64,000 nt of DNA, taken from the NCBI GenBank assembly GCA_965223905.1, contig CBDCXV010000009.1, positions 576,001 through 640,000 on the forward strand, given 5' to 3'. Shown one piece after another: positions 35,354 through 47,563 of the stretch. The translations under genes and the position numbers were made by a program. Origin of the DNA: Candidatus Latescibacterota bacterium. GTDB lineage: Bacteria > Latescibacterota > UBA2968 > UBA8231. The notes beneath the pieces are model-generated. The model was not told the origin of the DNA. It saw nothing but the letters and a program-made list of their open reading frames with translations, and did not search any database. Every line of letters begins with the position of its first letter. Position 1 is the first letter of the stretch.

Positions 35354-36421
35354 ATGGCGAAAGAGAACGACAACAGTCAGGACAAGAAGGCCGGGGATCG
35401 GGAAAACGCACTCGATCTCGCTCTCTCCCAGATCGAAAAGCAGCACGGCAAGGGGGCCGTCATGCGACTTGGGGAGCGAGGTGGTCGCGTAGATGTGGAA
35501 GCGATACCGAGCGGGTCCCTGGCCCTCGACCGGGCGCTCGGGATCGGGGGGTTTCCCAAAGGCCGCATCGTCGAGATCTACGGGCCCGAGGGATCGGGCA
35601 AGACGATGGTCTCCCTGCACGTCGTACGGGAGGCGCAGAGAGAGGGTGGGACGGCCGCTTTCATCGACGCCGAGCACGCCCTCGACGTCGGCTTCGCGCG
35701 CCGCATCGGCGTCGATGTCGACGGGCTCATCATCTCCCAGCCCGACAGCGGCGAGCAGGCGCTCGAAATAGTCGATACCCTGGTGCGTAGCGGGGCCTTC
35801 GATATCATCGTCCTCGACTCGGTTGCGGCGCTCGTTCCCCAGGCCGAGCTCGACGGCGAAATGGGGGATTCGCACATGGGGCTGCAGGCGCGTCTGATGT
35901 CCCAGGCGCTGCGCAAGCTGGCCCCATCGATCAATCGCTCGCAGACCTGCGTGGTATTCATCAACCAGTTGCGCATGAAAATCGGAGTCATGTTCGGCAA
36001 CCCGGAGACGACCACAGGCGGCAGGGCACTCGGTTTCTACGCCTCGCTCCGCCTGGACATCCGGCGCGTCGCCCAGATCAAGGACGGCGACGAAGCCGTC
36101 GGAAGCCGCACACGCGTCAAGGTGGTGAAGAACAAGCTGGCGCCCCCCTACCGGCAGGCGGAGTTCGACCTCTTCTTTCAGGGCGACCAGATCGGCATGT
36201 CGCGCGAGGGGGACATCGTCGACATCGGTGTCGACTGCGGGCTGATCCAAAAGAGCGGCACGTGGTTTTCCTACAACGGAGAACGTCTCGGCCAGGGTCG
36301 CGAGAATGCCAAGGGGTTTCTCGCCGATAATGAAGAACTCGCCGCCGCCCTCGAGTCCCGGCTGCGGACGGAGCTGGGACTCGGCAACGGTTCGCCGCCG
36401 AACGCCGAATCAGGGGAGTGA
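35354..36421 (+). CDS. recA: Recombinase RecA
   Basis: [47 protein letters not shown]. Confidence 0.98.
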   Translation: MAKENDNSQDKKAGDRENALDLALSQIEKQHGKGAVMRLGERGGRVDVEAIPSGSLALDRALGIGGFPKGRIVEIYGPEGSGKTMVSLHVVREAQREGGTAAFIDAEHALDVGFARRIGVDVDGLIISQPDSGEQALEIVDTLVRSGAFDIIVLDSVAALVPQAELDGEMGDSHMGLQARLMSQALRKLAPSINRSQTCVVFINQLRMKIGVMFGNPETTTGGRALGFYASLRLDIRRVAQIKDGDEAVGSRTRVKVVKNKLAPPYRQAEFDLFFQGDQIGMSREGDIVDIGVDCGLIQKSGTWFSYNGERLGQGRENAKGFLADNEELAAALESRLRTELGLGNGSPPNAESGE

Positions 36422-36422
36422 C

Positions 36423-36938
36423 GTGGTGCCGTCGCAGCACGACAGCATGTGCCAGGCCAGGGAGGCGGCGCTACGCTACCTGGGAAACCAGGACCGCACC
36501 GAGCACCAGGTTCGGCGAAAACTGGGCGAGAGAGGTTTCGAGAAGACCGTGATCGAGTCGACCCTTGCCGATCTCGGACGTGCCCGTCTTCTCGACGACC
36601 GCGCCTTCGCGCGCCGCTGGATCGAAAGCAGGATGGCGAACCGGCCGGCGGGGGAATCGCGCTTCGAGCGGGATCTGCAAAGCAGGGGGGTAGCCCCCGA
36701 TGTCATTGCCGAGGTGCTCGCCGAGTTCGATACCGTCGGGTCGGAAGGGGCTGCGTTGCAGGTGCTCCGCCTGCACCGGTGGAGATACGCGGGGTTGGCG
36801 GAAGAGAAGGCCAGACGGCGCATGTGGGGATTGCTGAGCCGGCGGGGGTTCGACGCGGATACCAGCCAGCGCGCCGTCGAAAAGATGCTGGCCGAGACGG
36901 CCGGCGAGAGCGTGGCAACAGTGGAGCAAATGCAGTGA
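36423..36938 (+). CDS. recX: Regulatory protein RecX
   Basis: ALRYL, RT..QVRRKL, LLDDRAFA, L.RRGF. Directly after recA; start uncertain (36423, 36426 or 36447). Confidence 0.88.
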   Translation: MVPSQHDSMCQAREAALRYLGNQDRTEHQVRRKLGERGFEKTVIESTLADLGRARLLDDRAFARRWIESRMANRPAGESRFERDLQSRGVAPDVIAEVLAEFDTVGSEGAALQVLRLHRWRYAGLAEEKARRRMWGLLSRRGFDADTSQRAVEKMLAETAGESVATVEQMQ

Positions 36939-39547
36939 AGTCGGGGGAATTTCGCGAGACATTTCTGAGCTTTTTCGAAGAACGCGGGCATCGGCGTGTG
37001 CCGAGCGCCTCGATCGTGCCTGGAGACGACCCTACGCTCCTGTTCACGAACGCGGGTATGAACCAGTTCAAGGACGTGTTCCTCGGGCACGGGAAGCGGG
37101 ACTACAGCCGCGCGGTCGACACCCAGAAGTGCATCCGGGTCTCGGGCAAACACAACGATCTGGAGGAAGTAGGGGTCAGTCCCTGGCACCACACGTTTTT
37201 CGAGATGCTGGGCAACTGGTCGTTCGGCGACTACTTCAAGGAGGAGGCCATCACCTGGGGATGGGAGCTGGTGACCGAACGCCTCGGCCTGGAGAAGGAG
37301 CGACTCTGGGCGACGGTCTTCGAGGGCAGCGAGGCGGAGCAGCTGCAACCTGATGATGAGGCGGAGAGCTTGTGGGTCAAGTGCACGGACCTACCCGCGC
37401 ACCGCGTCGTGCGTCTCGGCAGCAAAGATAACTTCTGGGAAATGGGGGAGACAGGCCCCTGCGGCCCCTGCTCGGAGATCCACTACTTCCTCGGGGACGA
37501 CCTCGATGGGCAGAGCGCCGAGCTGCTGCGACGGGACAGCGGCGATTTTGTCGAGATCTGGAACCTCGTGTTCATCCAGTTCAACCGCGAGCCCTCCGGC
37601 AGTCTGCAGCCCTTGCCGGCTAGGCACGTCGATACCGGAATGGGTTTCGAACGGATGTGCAGCCTGCTTCAGTGCCGGGAAAGCAACTACGACACCGATG
37701 TTTTCCAGCCGCTGATCGCACGGATCGCCGATCTCATCGGAAAGCATCCCGGAGAAGGAAACCTGGTGCCGATGCGGGTGATCGCAGATCACGTCCGCAC
37801 CCTGACGGTGGCGATTTCCGACGGCGTCCTGCCCTCGAACGACGGCCGCGGGTACGTCATGCGGCGCCTGCTGCGCCGCGCCGCGCGCTTCGGCCGCAAG
37901 CTCGATCAGCACGAGCCTTTCATCCACAGGCTGACCTCCACCGTCGTCGACCAGATGGGCGCCGTTTTCCCGGAGATCGCGCAGAAGTGTGATCACGCAG
38001 CCCGGGTCATCCGCTCGGAGGAGGAGAGCTTCGGCGCAACCCTGGACCGCGGCCTCGACATCTTCGAAAAGCTGAGCGCGAAGGGGGAGCTGACAGGGGC
38101 CGACGCCTTCATGCTGCACGACACCTACGGTTTCCCGCTCGACCTGACCGAGCTAATGGCCAGGGAACGCGGCCTTGGCGTCGACACCGAGGAATTCGAG
38201 CGCGAGCTCGAGGTGCAGCGAGCCCGCGCCCGGCGCGCCACCAGGAACCAGTTCACCGCTGACGAGAGCGTGGGGGAACTCATTGCCGGCGAGCACTCGC
38301 AATTCGTCGGCTACACCGAGCTGTCGTCAGCCGCAGAGGTAGTGAATGCCGAGGTCGATGGCGACGGCGGCGTAAGGCTGTTTCTCGATCGCACCCCTTT
38401 CTACGCCGAGGCGGGAGGTCAGACCGGCGACCGCGGTGTCATAGCAGGATCCGGTTTTGCTGTCGATGTCGAGAATACGGTCAGCGCCCGCGGGGGAATC
38501 ATGCACGTCGGCAGTCTGCGCAGCGGAAGCGAGCCTCCCGGTGGGGTGGTCAGCGCCGAGGTCGACGTCGACTCCCGCGCCGCGGTTGCCCGTAACCACA
38601 CCGCTACCCACCTCCTGAACGAGGCGCTGCGTCGAATTTTGGGGGATCACGTGTCGCAAATGGGCTCGCTGGTCGCCCCCGGCCGCCTGCGTTTCGACTT
38701 TTCCCATTTCGCCGCGGTGGAGCCCCAACAGATTCGCGATGTCGAAGCGCTCGTCAACGAGCAGATTCGCGCCGACAGCGTGATCCTCGCCTTCGAGGAA
38801 GATCTCGACACCGCCAGGAAGATGGGGGCCCAGGCGCTGTTCGGAGAGAAATACGACAGCCGCGTCCGCGTAGTGCGGATCGGGGAATTCAGCCTCGAAC
38901 TCTGTGGCGGTACCCACGCCGAAACCACCGGCCGGATCGGCTCCTTCGCCCTGGTTTCCGAGGGGGGTATCGCCGCCGGGACGCGCCGGGTGGAGGCGAT
39001 CAGCGGCGATGTCGCCGTGCAGGATGCCCGGCGGCACCGCGACCTCGCCGGAGATCTGTCGCAGCTGCTCAACGCCGCTGCCGACGACCTTGCCAACCAG
39101 GTCTGCGAGCTGATGCAGCGCAACAAGGAGCTGGAGCGACGGTTGGAGGAGAGCAGGCACCGAGCCGCGGGAGACGAAGCGGTCCGGCTGGTGGAGCAGG
39201 CTGAGCTCGTCGAGGGTGTTCGGGTGGTCGCCGGCCGCGTCGAAACCGAAGATGCCGGGTCGATGCGCAACATGGCCGACGGGCTGCGCGACAACCTAGG
39301 CTCCGGCGTCGGCGTACTCGGCGCCGTCTTCAAGGGCAAGGCTTCGTTCATTGCCGTGGTAACCGACGACCTCATCGCCTCCAGGCGATTGCACGCAGGG
39401 GATATCGTGCGTGGGGTCGCCGAGTTGGCCGGGGGGTCGGGCGGCGGCAAGCCGCACATGGCCCAGGCGGGTGGCCGGGAGCCGGAGAAGGTGAACGAGG
39501 CGCTGGCTGCGGTTCCCGGTATCCTGCACCGGATTCTGCAAAGGTAG
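36935..39547 (+). CDS. alaS: Alanine--tRNA ligase
   Basis: GTG start overlapping the recX stop, LLFTNAGMNQFK, HHTFFEMLGNWS, DTGMGFER, editing HTATH and ELCGGTH, C-terminal GGGK. Confidence 0.97.
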   Translation: MKSGEFRETFLSFFEERGHRRVPSASIVPGDDPTLLFTNAGMNQFKDVFLGHGKRDYSRAVDTQKCIRVSGKHNDLEEVGVSPWHHTFFEMLGNWSFGDYFKEEAITWGWELVTERLGLEKERLWATVFEGSEAEQLQPDDEAESLWVKCTDLPAHRVVRLGSKDNFWEMGETGPCGPCSEIHYFLGDDLDGQSAELLRRDSGDFVEIWNLVFIQFNREPSGSLQPLPARHVDTGMGFERMCSLLQCRESNYDTDVFQPLIARIADLIGKHPGEGNLVPMRVIADHVRTLTVAISDGVLPSNDGRGYVMRRLLRRAARFGRKLDQHEPFIHRLTSTVVDQMGAVFPEIAQKCDHAARVIRSEEESFGATLDRGLDIFEKLSAKGELTGADAFMLHDTYGFPLDLTELMARERGLGVDTEEFERELEVQRARARRATRNQFTADESVGELIAGEHSQFVGYTELSSAAEVVNAEVDGDGGVRLFLDRTPFYAEAGGQTGDRGVIAGSGFAVDVENTVSARGGIMHVGSLRSGSEPPGGVVSAEVDVDSRAAVARNHTATHLLNEALRRILGDHVSQMGSLVAPGRLRFDFSHFAAVEPQQIRDVEALVNEQIRADSVILAFEEDLDTARKMGAQALFGEKYDSRVRVVRIGEFSLELCGGTHAETTGRIGSFALVSEGGIAAGTRRVEAISGDVAVQDARRHRDLAGDLSQLLNAAADDLANQVCELMQRNKELERRLEESRHRAAGDEAVRLVEQAELVEGVRVVAGRVETEDAGSMRNMADGLRDNLGSGVGVLGAVFKGKASFIAVVTDDLIASRRLHAGDIVRGVAELAGGSGGGKPHMAQAGGREPEKVNEALAAVPGILHRILQR

Positions 39548-39554
39548 ACGGAGA

Positions 39555-40376
39555 GTGGAACGGACTGCGCCATACGATCCTGATTCTGTCCCGGGACGGC
39601 GGCCTTGGAACGAGTGTGACGGACAGCAGCAAGCCACCGCCCTGGAATACCTCCTCTCGGTGCGCGATTCCCGGGGAGCCGGGTACCTGCCTCTTCTCGA
39701 TCCGGACCGGCTGTCGCTCGACGAACTGGAGGCAAGGGCGGAGGCGTGCGCAGAAGTGGGTGCCGACGCGATTCTCGTCGGCACGAGCCTGATGCTGTCG
39801 ACGAGCCGGAATGCCGCCCTCTTCGAGCGCTTGAAGCAGTCTGTCGACATTCCCGTCATCAGCTTTCCCGGGGATGCCAGCCAGGTCGTGTCCACCGCGG
39901 ATGCCCTGCTTTTTCTCGCAATGATCAGCGGCCGTAATCCCGAACTGCTCATCGGCCAGCACGTGCGCGCCGCGCCGCTGCTGAAGGAGTACGGCATCGA
40001 GGTCATCCCCACGGGGTACATGCTGATTGAATCCGGGACCCTGACCTCGGCGGAGTACATGAGTTCGACGCGGCCGATTCCCAGGGCGAAGAGGGACATC
40101 GCCATGGCGCATGCTCTCGCCGCGGAATATCTCGGCATGAAGCTGATCTACATGGACACCGGCAGTGGCGCCGGCGATTCGGTTTCCGGGCAGCTCATTA
40201 CCGCGGTGGTCGACTACATCTCCCTACCCGTGATCGTTGGCGGCGGTATCCGGGATGCGGAGACGGTGCGGGAAAAGGTCGACGCCGGGGCGAGCTTCGT
40301 CGTGACCGGGACCGCGGTCGAAGCCGATCCTTCGCGGCTTCGCGAGCTGAGCGACGCCGTGCATTTCAAAGGTTGA
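39555..40376 (+). CDS. Geranylgeranylglyceryl/heptaprenylglyceryl phosphate synthase (PcrB family, group II-like)
   Basis: [49 protein letters not shown]. Confidence 0.88.
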   Translation: MERTAPYDPDSVPGRRPWNECDGQQQATALEYLLSVRDSRGAGYLPLLDPDRLSLDELEARAEACAEVGADAILVGTSLMLSTSRNAALFERLKQSVDIPVISFPGDASQVVSTADALLFLAMISGRNPELLIGQHVRAAPLLKEYGIEVIPTGYMLIESGTLTSAEYMSSTRPIPRAKRDIAMAHALAAEYLGMKLIYMDTGSGAGDSVSGQLITAVVDYISLPVIVGGGIRDAETVREKVDAGASFVVTGTAVEADPSRLRELSDAVHFKG

Positions 40377-40404
40377 GCGAGATGCAGCAAGCGAGTCCGC
40401 AGCC

Positions 40405-40677
40405 GTGGTAGCCAGAGAAGCGGTCATAGCGAACCGGCTCGGGATTCACGCCCGCCCGGCAACCCTTCTGGTAAAGGAAGCGGCGAGCTTCGAAGCGGAC
40501 ATCTTCCTGTCGAAGGGGAGCATCCGGCGCATCAACGGCAAGAGCATAATGGGAGTGATGATGCTGGCCGCGGAACAGGGCGCGACAGTGCTGGTCGAAG
40601 CCGAGGGCCCCGACGAAGAGGGGGCGGCCGCAGCGATTGCCGGGCTTCTGGCGAGCAGTTTCGAAGAGGCGGCGTGA
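40405..40677 (+). CDS. ptsH: HPr phosphocarrier protein
   Basis: GIHARPA (His15), KSIMGVMML (Ser46), GPDE. Confidence 0.93.
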   Translation: MVAREAVIANRLGIHARPATLLVKEAASFEADIFLSKGSIRRINGKSIMGVMMLAAEQGATVLVEAEGPDEEGAAAAIAGLLASSFEEAA

Positions 40678-42452
40678 GCGACCAAATTCACATACTGCGG
40701 GGTATTCCGGCATCACCCGGTATCGGGATCGGGAAAGCCTTTCTCTACCGGGCCGAGTCTCCCCCCGTGGTGCGTCGCCGGGTGGCACCACACCTTGCCG
40801 ACAGTGAAACGGATCGTTTCCTCAACGCCCTGCAGATGGCTGCCGACGAGGTACGACGCACCAGGCACCTCGTGGAGATCGAGCACGGGGACGACCTCGC
40901 CCAGATCTTCGATGCCCAGCTGGCGATGCTGGAAGACGAGCAGGTCAAGGACCGAACCGTGGAGATCATCCGCGGAGAACACCTCGCCGCGGAGCCGGCT
41001 TTCGTTCAGAACATGCGATCCCTGCAGGCGGCATTCGAGGATTCCGACAACGAGTACCTGCGTGCCCGGGCCGCGGATGTCCGCGACATCGAGCACCAGG
41101 TTTTGATGCGCCTCCTCGGTGGCGGCCTTCACGGACTGCACTCGTTGCGCTCGAACACGATCGTCGTCGCCCGCGACCTGCTGCCTTCCGAATCGGTGCG
41201 CCTGGGCCGCAAGCTGGTCAAGGGTCTTGTTCTCGACCAGGGTGGAGCGACATACCACGCCGTCATCATCGCGCGCTCGCTCGGCCTGCCTTCGGTAGTG
41301 GGCACGGAGGTCGCTTCCCGTTCCATCCGCTCCGGGGATCCGCTCGTCGTCGACGGCGACGAAGGCAGCGTGCACGTTTTTCCGGGGGCGGAGAGGTTGC
41401 GCTATTTCCAGTCGGAGCTGCGCCGGCAGCACCGGCGGGAGCGCGATCTGCGAGCCCGCCGCGATCTTCCTGCGAGGACGCGGGACGGGACGGAGATCGC
41501 CCTCATGGCCAACGTCGACCTGCAGCAGGAGGTCGAGGTCGCCCTCGAGAACGGCGCCGCCGGGGTCGGCATGTTTCGCACCGAGTTCCTCTACATGGAC
41601 CACCGCCCGCCAACGGAGGAGGAGCAGTTGGACATCTATCGCGGCGCGGTGGAAGCAATGGCGCCGCGCCCGGTCGTCATCCGCACCTTCGACCTGGGCG
41701 GGGACAAGCTCTCCAGCTCGCTGGGGCCGGTTTCGGAACGCAACCCGTTCCTCGGGTGGCGCGGGATTCGTCTCTGTCTCGACAATCCGGAGTTCTTCAA
41801 GGTGCAACTGCGGGCACTCCTGCGCGCCGCGGCCGGGGCCGACCTGCGCATCCTGATTCCGATGGTCACCACCCTGAACGAGTTGCGGCAGACGAAGAAC
41901 CTGATCCGCGAGGCTGCACGGGAGCTGCGGGAACGGCGGCTGGAGCACTCGGCCGACTGCAAGGTCGGGATCATGGTCGAGGTGCCATCGACGGCAATCA
42001 CCATAGACAGGTTCGTTCCGGAGGTCGACTTCCTGAGCCTCGGAACCAACGATCTGGTGCAGTACACCCTCGCGGTCGATCGCACGACCCCGAAAGTAGC
42101 GGATCTTTACGATCACTATGATCCAGCGGTCTTGAGGCTCATCAAGGATGTCGCGGACAGCGGCCGGCGCAACGGCGTGACGACAAGCATTTGCGGCGAG
42201 ATGGCCGGGGATCCGCTGGCGGCCGTTCTCCTCCTCGGTTTGGGGGTCGAGACATTGAGTGTCAGTCCGGGGCTGATACCGGAGCTCAAGGAAGCGGTGC
42301 GGTCGATCGCGATCGCCCGGGCGCGGGAAATCGCCGCCCACTGCCTCACCCTGGAATCCGGAGCTGCAGTGCGCACCTGTCTCGAGGAAGCCTTTTCCCA
42401 AAGTGCCGCGCCGCGGCGAAAGCGACCGCGATTTCAGGGGCGAGGAGGATGA
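40674..42452 (+). CDS. ptsI: PTS enzyme I
   Basis: [63 protein letters not shown]. Confidence 0.95.
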   Translation: MSDQIHILRGIPASPGIGIGKAFLYRAESPPVVRRRVAPHLADSETDRFLNALQMAADEVRRTRHLVEIEHGDDLAQIFDAQLAMLEDEQVKDRTVEIIRGEHLAAEPAFVQNMRSLQAAFEDSDNEYLRARAADVRDIEHQVLMRLLGGGLHGLHSLRSNTIVVARDLLPSESVRLGRKLVKGLVLDQGGATYHAVIIARSLGLPSVVGTEVASRSIRSGDPLVVDGDEGSVHVFPGAERLRYFQSELRRQHRRERDLRARRDLPARTRDGTEIALMANVDLQQEVEVALENGAAGVGMFRTEFLYMDHRPPTEEEQLDIYRGAVEAMAPRPVVIRTFDLGGDKLSSSLGPVSERNPFLGWRGIRLCLDNPEFFKVQLRALLRAAAGADLRILIPMVTTLNELRQTKNLIREAARELRERRLEHSADCKVGIMVEVPSTAITIDRFVPEVDFLSLGTNDLVQYTLAVDRTTPKVADLYDHYDPAVLRLIKDVADSGRRNGVTTSICGEMAGDPLAAVLLLGLGVETLSVSPGLIPELKEAVRSIAIARAREIAAHCLTLESGAAVRTCLEEAFSQSAAPRRKRPRFQGRGG

Positions 42453-42492
42453 ACTTCAAAAGCGCGTCTGCGAGATTGCGAAAGGAAGAAGC

Positions 42493-43656
<1,164 letters not shown>

Positions 43657-43705
43657 GCGGCCGGCCTTTCGACGAGCGCGATCGCCGCCCGCGCCTCGAA
43701 GGAGT

Positions 43706-45766
43706 GTGATCATGCCGGAGAAAGCCCGCGAGCGAGTCCGGCGGCTGGCCCGGCCTTTCGGGAGAGCACTGGCTCCGCACTTCTTCTGTTTCCTGCTGGC
43801 CCTCCCCGGTTGCACGGTAAAGAGGCCCCAGGTTCCGATACTCGATTTAACGGTGAGCATCTCGGTCGCCGACGATACGACGACGATTCGCGACGTCGCC
43901 AAGCGCACGGAGTTTCTGCGGATCGACTCCGACGACCGCCTGGCTCTCGATTTCAGCAGCGAGTTCGACGGGGGTGCCCAAGTCGGAGACAGCCTGCAGG
44001 TGACCCCGGAGCAGGGCACCTTCCGCACCCGGCTCGGGCCGATCTCGATCCCAGGTCAGGGAATTCCCGTTACCGATATCTCCCTGAGCAGCCTGCTGGG
44101 AAAAGAGATCCCGGAAACCGACTCGGCGGTACCGCTTGCGGGAGCCGATTTCGAAACCGAGGTCCGGTTCACACTCGAAGACGCGACCTCGCTGACAATC
44201 GAGGAGGGCGGCCTCGACCTGTCCATCCACAGCAAGCTGCCGATGCCGGTCGCAATGAAGCTGGTCCTGGTCGACGCCGGCAAAGGGGGCGTCGCCGTGG
44301 AGGAGGTCGACTTGGGAAGCATCGCTCCCGGCGGCTCCGCTACCGCCTCTTTCGACTTGAGCGGAAAGAGGATTTCGGGCTCCTTGGTGTTCCGCGTCTC
44401 CGGGGCCACGGATGAAGCCGAGGTGCAGATCCAGGGGGAGCCCGCCCTGGAGATTTCGGGCGTTCTGCGCGACCTGACAGTGAGCGAGGTCACCGGGCTG
44501 ATTCCGCAACAGGTTTTGGCCGGCACCCATTTCCTGGAGATTGCCGACGACCGCATCCGCGCTACCCGGGCCCAGATCAGGGAGGGAGCTATCGCTCTCG
44601 AGGTCGGGAACGTCACCTCAGTCCCCTTGTCGGTTACTCTGACACTCGACGACCTGCGCGCGTCCACCGGGGAGATCCGCACCTTCACCGTCGACAAGCT
44701 CCTTCCCGGCGAGGAAAAGCAGGTTCTCTTCGACCTCGCCGGCAACGAGTTCGCTCCCCTGGATCCGCTTTCGATCCGGCTTTCCTGGGAGGCCAGGACG
44801 CTGGCGACGGAGACCGAGGCGACCCTGCGGTCCGACGACGGGTTGCAGGTAGAGGCACGTCCCGGAACAATCCTGTTCAACCGTCTGGAGGGGACTCTCG
44901 ACAGGGTGGAGCTGCCAATGAATACGGTCACCGATACCATCGACTTTCCGAACGGCCTGAATCAAGTCGCGCTGAGCTCCACCTCGCTCGCCGTCTTCGT
45001 GACCTCGGCAGCCGCGTACAGCAGCGAGGTGAATCTGTCGATCACCGGCACCAACCGGTGGGGGGAAAGCAGCACCCTGTTGGATTCAGAGGTTCTGCCA
45101 CCAGGAAATCCGGACGCCCCGGTCAGCATCGCGATCGAACGGGACTCCGAGGACCTGATCAGCTTCATGAACCTGCTGCCCACCGAAATCACCATCGTCC
45201 CGGAGGTCTTCCTCGGCGACGGCGCCAGCGCCGGTGAAATCGAGGCCGATGACTGGGTCAGGCTCGACAGCCTCGTGTTCGATGTTCCGGGGCGCTTCCG
45301 GATCACCGGCGATACACGGATCGAGCCGGATCCCGTGCACCGCGAGTTCTCGGACGACGAATGGCGGCGGCGCATTCGCTCCAACCTCAAGAGCGCCTCG
45401 GTCACAACGAAGATCGAGAGCCACATTCCCCTGGGATTGACGGTCAGCGTCCAGGTCGGCAGGACCGCGGAAGAGGTGTACAGGAATCCTGTGCTGACCA
45501 TACCGACCGACGGAACCGGCTTCGGCGTCGCCTCGGCTCTCGTCGACGACCAGGGCCGGGTCGTCGCAACGACGCGGTCCGAGAAGGTCGTGGAGCTCAC
45601 GGCAGAGGACGTTCTGGTCTTCCTGGAGGAGGGAGGAGTCTACTCCGGAGTGCTCGTGCAGATCGAGAGCACGGACGGCGACATCGAGCTGTTCGGCAGC
45701 GATTTCTTCACCGTGCAGGCGGGGGCGCGGATCTTCATCGAGCTGAACGAGAGCCTGGTGGAGTAA
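43706..45766 (+). CDS. Large lipoprotein of unknown function with repeated beta-sandwich-like units
   Basis: Signal ending LLALPG-C, beta-rich acidic sequence, internal repeats (PGGSATASFDLSG / PGEEKQVLFDLAG). Confidence 0.75.
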   Translation: MIMPEKARERVRRLARPFGRALAPHFFCFLLALPGCTVKRPQVPILDLTVSISVADDTTTIRDVAKRTEFLRIDSDDRLALDFSSEFDGGAQVGDSLQVTPEQGTFRTRLGPISIPGQGIPVTDISLSSLLGKEIPETDSAVPLAGADFETEVRFTLEDATSLTIEEGGLDLSIHSKLPMPVAMKLVLVDAGKGGVAVEEVDLGSIAPGGSATASFDLSGKRISGSLVFRVSGATDEAEVQIQGEPALEISGVLRDLTVSEVTGLIPQQVLAGTHFLEIADDRIRATRAQIREGAIALEVGNVTSVPLSVTLTLDDLRASTGEIRTFTVDKLLPGEEKQVLFDLAGNEFAPLDPLSIRLSWEARTLATETEATLRSDDGLQVEARPGTILFNRLEGTLDRVELPMNTVTDTIDFPNGLNQVALSSTSLAVFVTSAAAYSSEVNLSITGTNRWGESSTLLDSEVLPPGNPDAPVSIAIERDSEDLISFMNLLPTEITIVPEVFLGDGASAGEIEADDWVRLDSLVFDVPGRFRITGDTRIEPDPVHREFSDDEWRRRIRSNLKSASVTTKIESHIPLGLTVSVQVGRTAEEVYRNPVLTIPTDGTGFGVASALVDDQGRVVATTRSEKVVELTAEDVLVFLEEGGVYSGVLVQIESTDGDIELFGSDFFTVQAGARIFIELNESLVE

Positions 45767-45782
45767 CCGGGGCCGGCGAGAG

Positions 45783-47201
45783 ATGACCGGGAAACCGAAG
45801 GCCGGCATGCTTTCCATCCACTGGCGGGAAACAGCCACCGCGATGGTGCTGACGCTTGCCCTTGAAGGTTCCCTGTTCGCTCTCAGCGACACCGAACCTC
45901 GGGCGCTGGCGCTTGGGCAGGCGTACACCGCTTTGGCGCGAGGGCCGGAAGCGGTCTTCTGGAATCCCGCCAACCTCGCCCTGGGCGGGGAGCCGAAATT
46001 AAAATGGGAGCTGTTTGGCGCCGGTCTGACCCTGATAACGGAAAACAACAGCTTCTCCGTCCGCACCTACAACGAAAACTTCACCGACGACACTCACAGG
46101 ATCGGGAGAGCCGAAAAGGAGAAGCTGCTCGGGGATATCCCCGCGGACGGGATGAGGTTCAACGCCGACCTGGTGCCGTTCCTTTCCGCCGGTCTGCCGG
46201 TAAACGGGGGCATCTCCTTTCCGCTGAGGAATGGAATTCAGGCCGCGGTCACCACGAACGTCGCCTTCGGGATGGAGGGGGAAATGCCGAAGGATATGTT
46301 CGAGCTGATGCTGTTCGGCAACGAATTCGACCGCCCCTACGAAATCGCCAGGTGGGACGGGTCATCCTGGCTTGTCGGGGGGGTGAACTTTGCGGGGGCG
46401 AAACCCTGGATGCCCGACAGGTTGGCTTCGCACCTGCGCGAATTCACCGTTGGGGGGACCCTGAAGATCTCAGGAGGGGCCTACGGCGAAATCACCCGGT
46501 CGGATGGCGGCATGATCTCACGCATCCAGGGAACCGACCTGGAGGGGTTTGCGCTCGTCCGGCGCAGCGGCGGCCTCGGCTTCGGGGTGGACTTCGGGGT
46601 GGCCGGCGTCACCACGGACGGCAGGACCACCTTCAGCGTCGGCATGCTGAACCTTGTGGATTTCATCAGCTGGAGCATCCGATCGCGACAGGACTCGGTG
46701 TATGCAAAGGCGACCAGGCTGCGGGTGACCCGCTTTCTCGAGCCGGACCAGGTGCGGATGAGGGACGTGCTCGAGAACGAGGACATCGACGGCGACGGCG
46801 ATCCCGATTTTCGCGAGAAGCTCAGCGAGGACGGCTTCTCGCGCTCGCTGCCGGCGATGCTGCGCGCGGGTATCGCACACTGGCCGATGCCCCACATGAC
46901 GGTGGTCGGCAACTACGACCAGGCCTTGAGCTCCGGGTTCGGGATATCCCCCGTTCCCAAGATCTCGACCGGGGCGGAGTACCGCCTTGTGCCGTGGTTT
47001 CCGACGCGAATCGGTTTTTCGATCGGGGGACGCAGCAGCAGCACGGGTGTCGGTTTCGCCTTCGGGCCGTTCAACGTCGGGCACGCGCAGCTCGAGTTTT
47101 TCGATCTCGCGCTGGTGACTCGCGGGGGATTGCTGCCGGGCTTTTCGAAAGGCTCCGCCATGTCGGTCATGTTCTTCCGCTTCAATTTTATTAATGCCTG
47201 A
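45783..47201 (+). CDS. Outer-membrane beta-barrel protein (FadL/PorV/DUF5723-like)
   Basis: Signal peptide, then RALALGQAYTALARGPEAVFWNPANL, GFGVDFG, LPAMLRAG, GAEYR. Confidence 0.75.
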   Translation: MTGKPKAGMLSIHWRETATAMVLTLALEGSLFALSDTEPRALALGQAYTALARGPEAVFWNPANLALGGEPKLKWELFGAGLTLITENNSFSVRTYNENFTDDTHRIGRAEKEKLLGDIPADGMRFNADLVPFLSAGLPVNGGISFPLRNGIQAAVTTNVAFGMEGEMPKDMFELMLFGNEFDRPYEIARWDGSSWLVGGVNFAGAKPWMPDRLASHLREFTVGGTLKISGGAYGEITRSDGGMISRIQGTDLEGFALVRRSGGLGFGVDFGVAGVTTDGRTTFSVGMLNLVDFISWSIRSRQDSVYAKATRLRVTRFLEPDQVRMRDVLENEDIDGDGDPDFREKLSEDGFSRSLPAMLRAGIAHWPMPHMTVVGNYDQALSSGFGISPVPKISTGAEYRLVPWFPTRIGFSIGGRSSSTGVGFAFGPFNVGHAQLEFFDLALVTRGGLLPGFSKGSAMSVMFFRFNFINA

Positions 47202-47269
47202 ACGACTCCCCCTTTCACCCACGGCCGGTAAGTGTCTCCGAATCACCATACTCTTCTGACCGCGAGGCG

Positions 47270-47563
47270 ATGATGAGGTTCGTAACCATCAAGGATCTCC
47301 GTTCCAGAACCGCAGCCATACGCAAGGATCTGGCTGCCGACGAAGAGATCGTAGTGACTGCAAACGGCCGGCCCGTCGCCCTGCTCACCGCGGTGGACGG
47401 CGACAACCTCGAGCAGGAGCTTCTGGCCCATCGCCGGTCGCGCGCGCGGGCGGCCCTCGATCGAACGCGCAATCAGGCCTCTGCGGCTGGAACATCGGAC
47501 ATGCCGATGAGCAAGGTGGAGGAGGTCGTGGCGACGGCCCGCAAGGGCGTGGAACGGAAATAG
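47270..47563 (+). CDS. Type II antitoxin, Phd/YefM family
   Basis: MRFVTIKDLR...EIVVTANGRPVALL. Confidence 0.85.
   Translation: MMRFVTIKDLRSRTAAIRKDLAADEEIVVTANGRPVALLTAVDGDNLEQELLAHRRSRARAALDRTRNQASAAGTSDMPMSKVEEVVATARKGVERK

Noticed and set aside
42453-42492. SAM riboswitch before metK (and a lysine riboswitch before lysA at 28142-28229)
   Set aside because: The intergenic spaces (40 and 88 nt) are too short and lack the conserved motifs.
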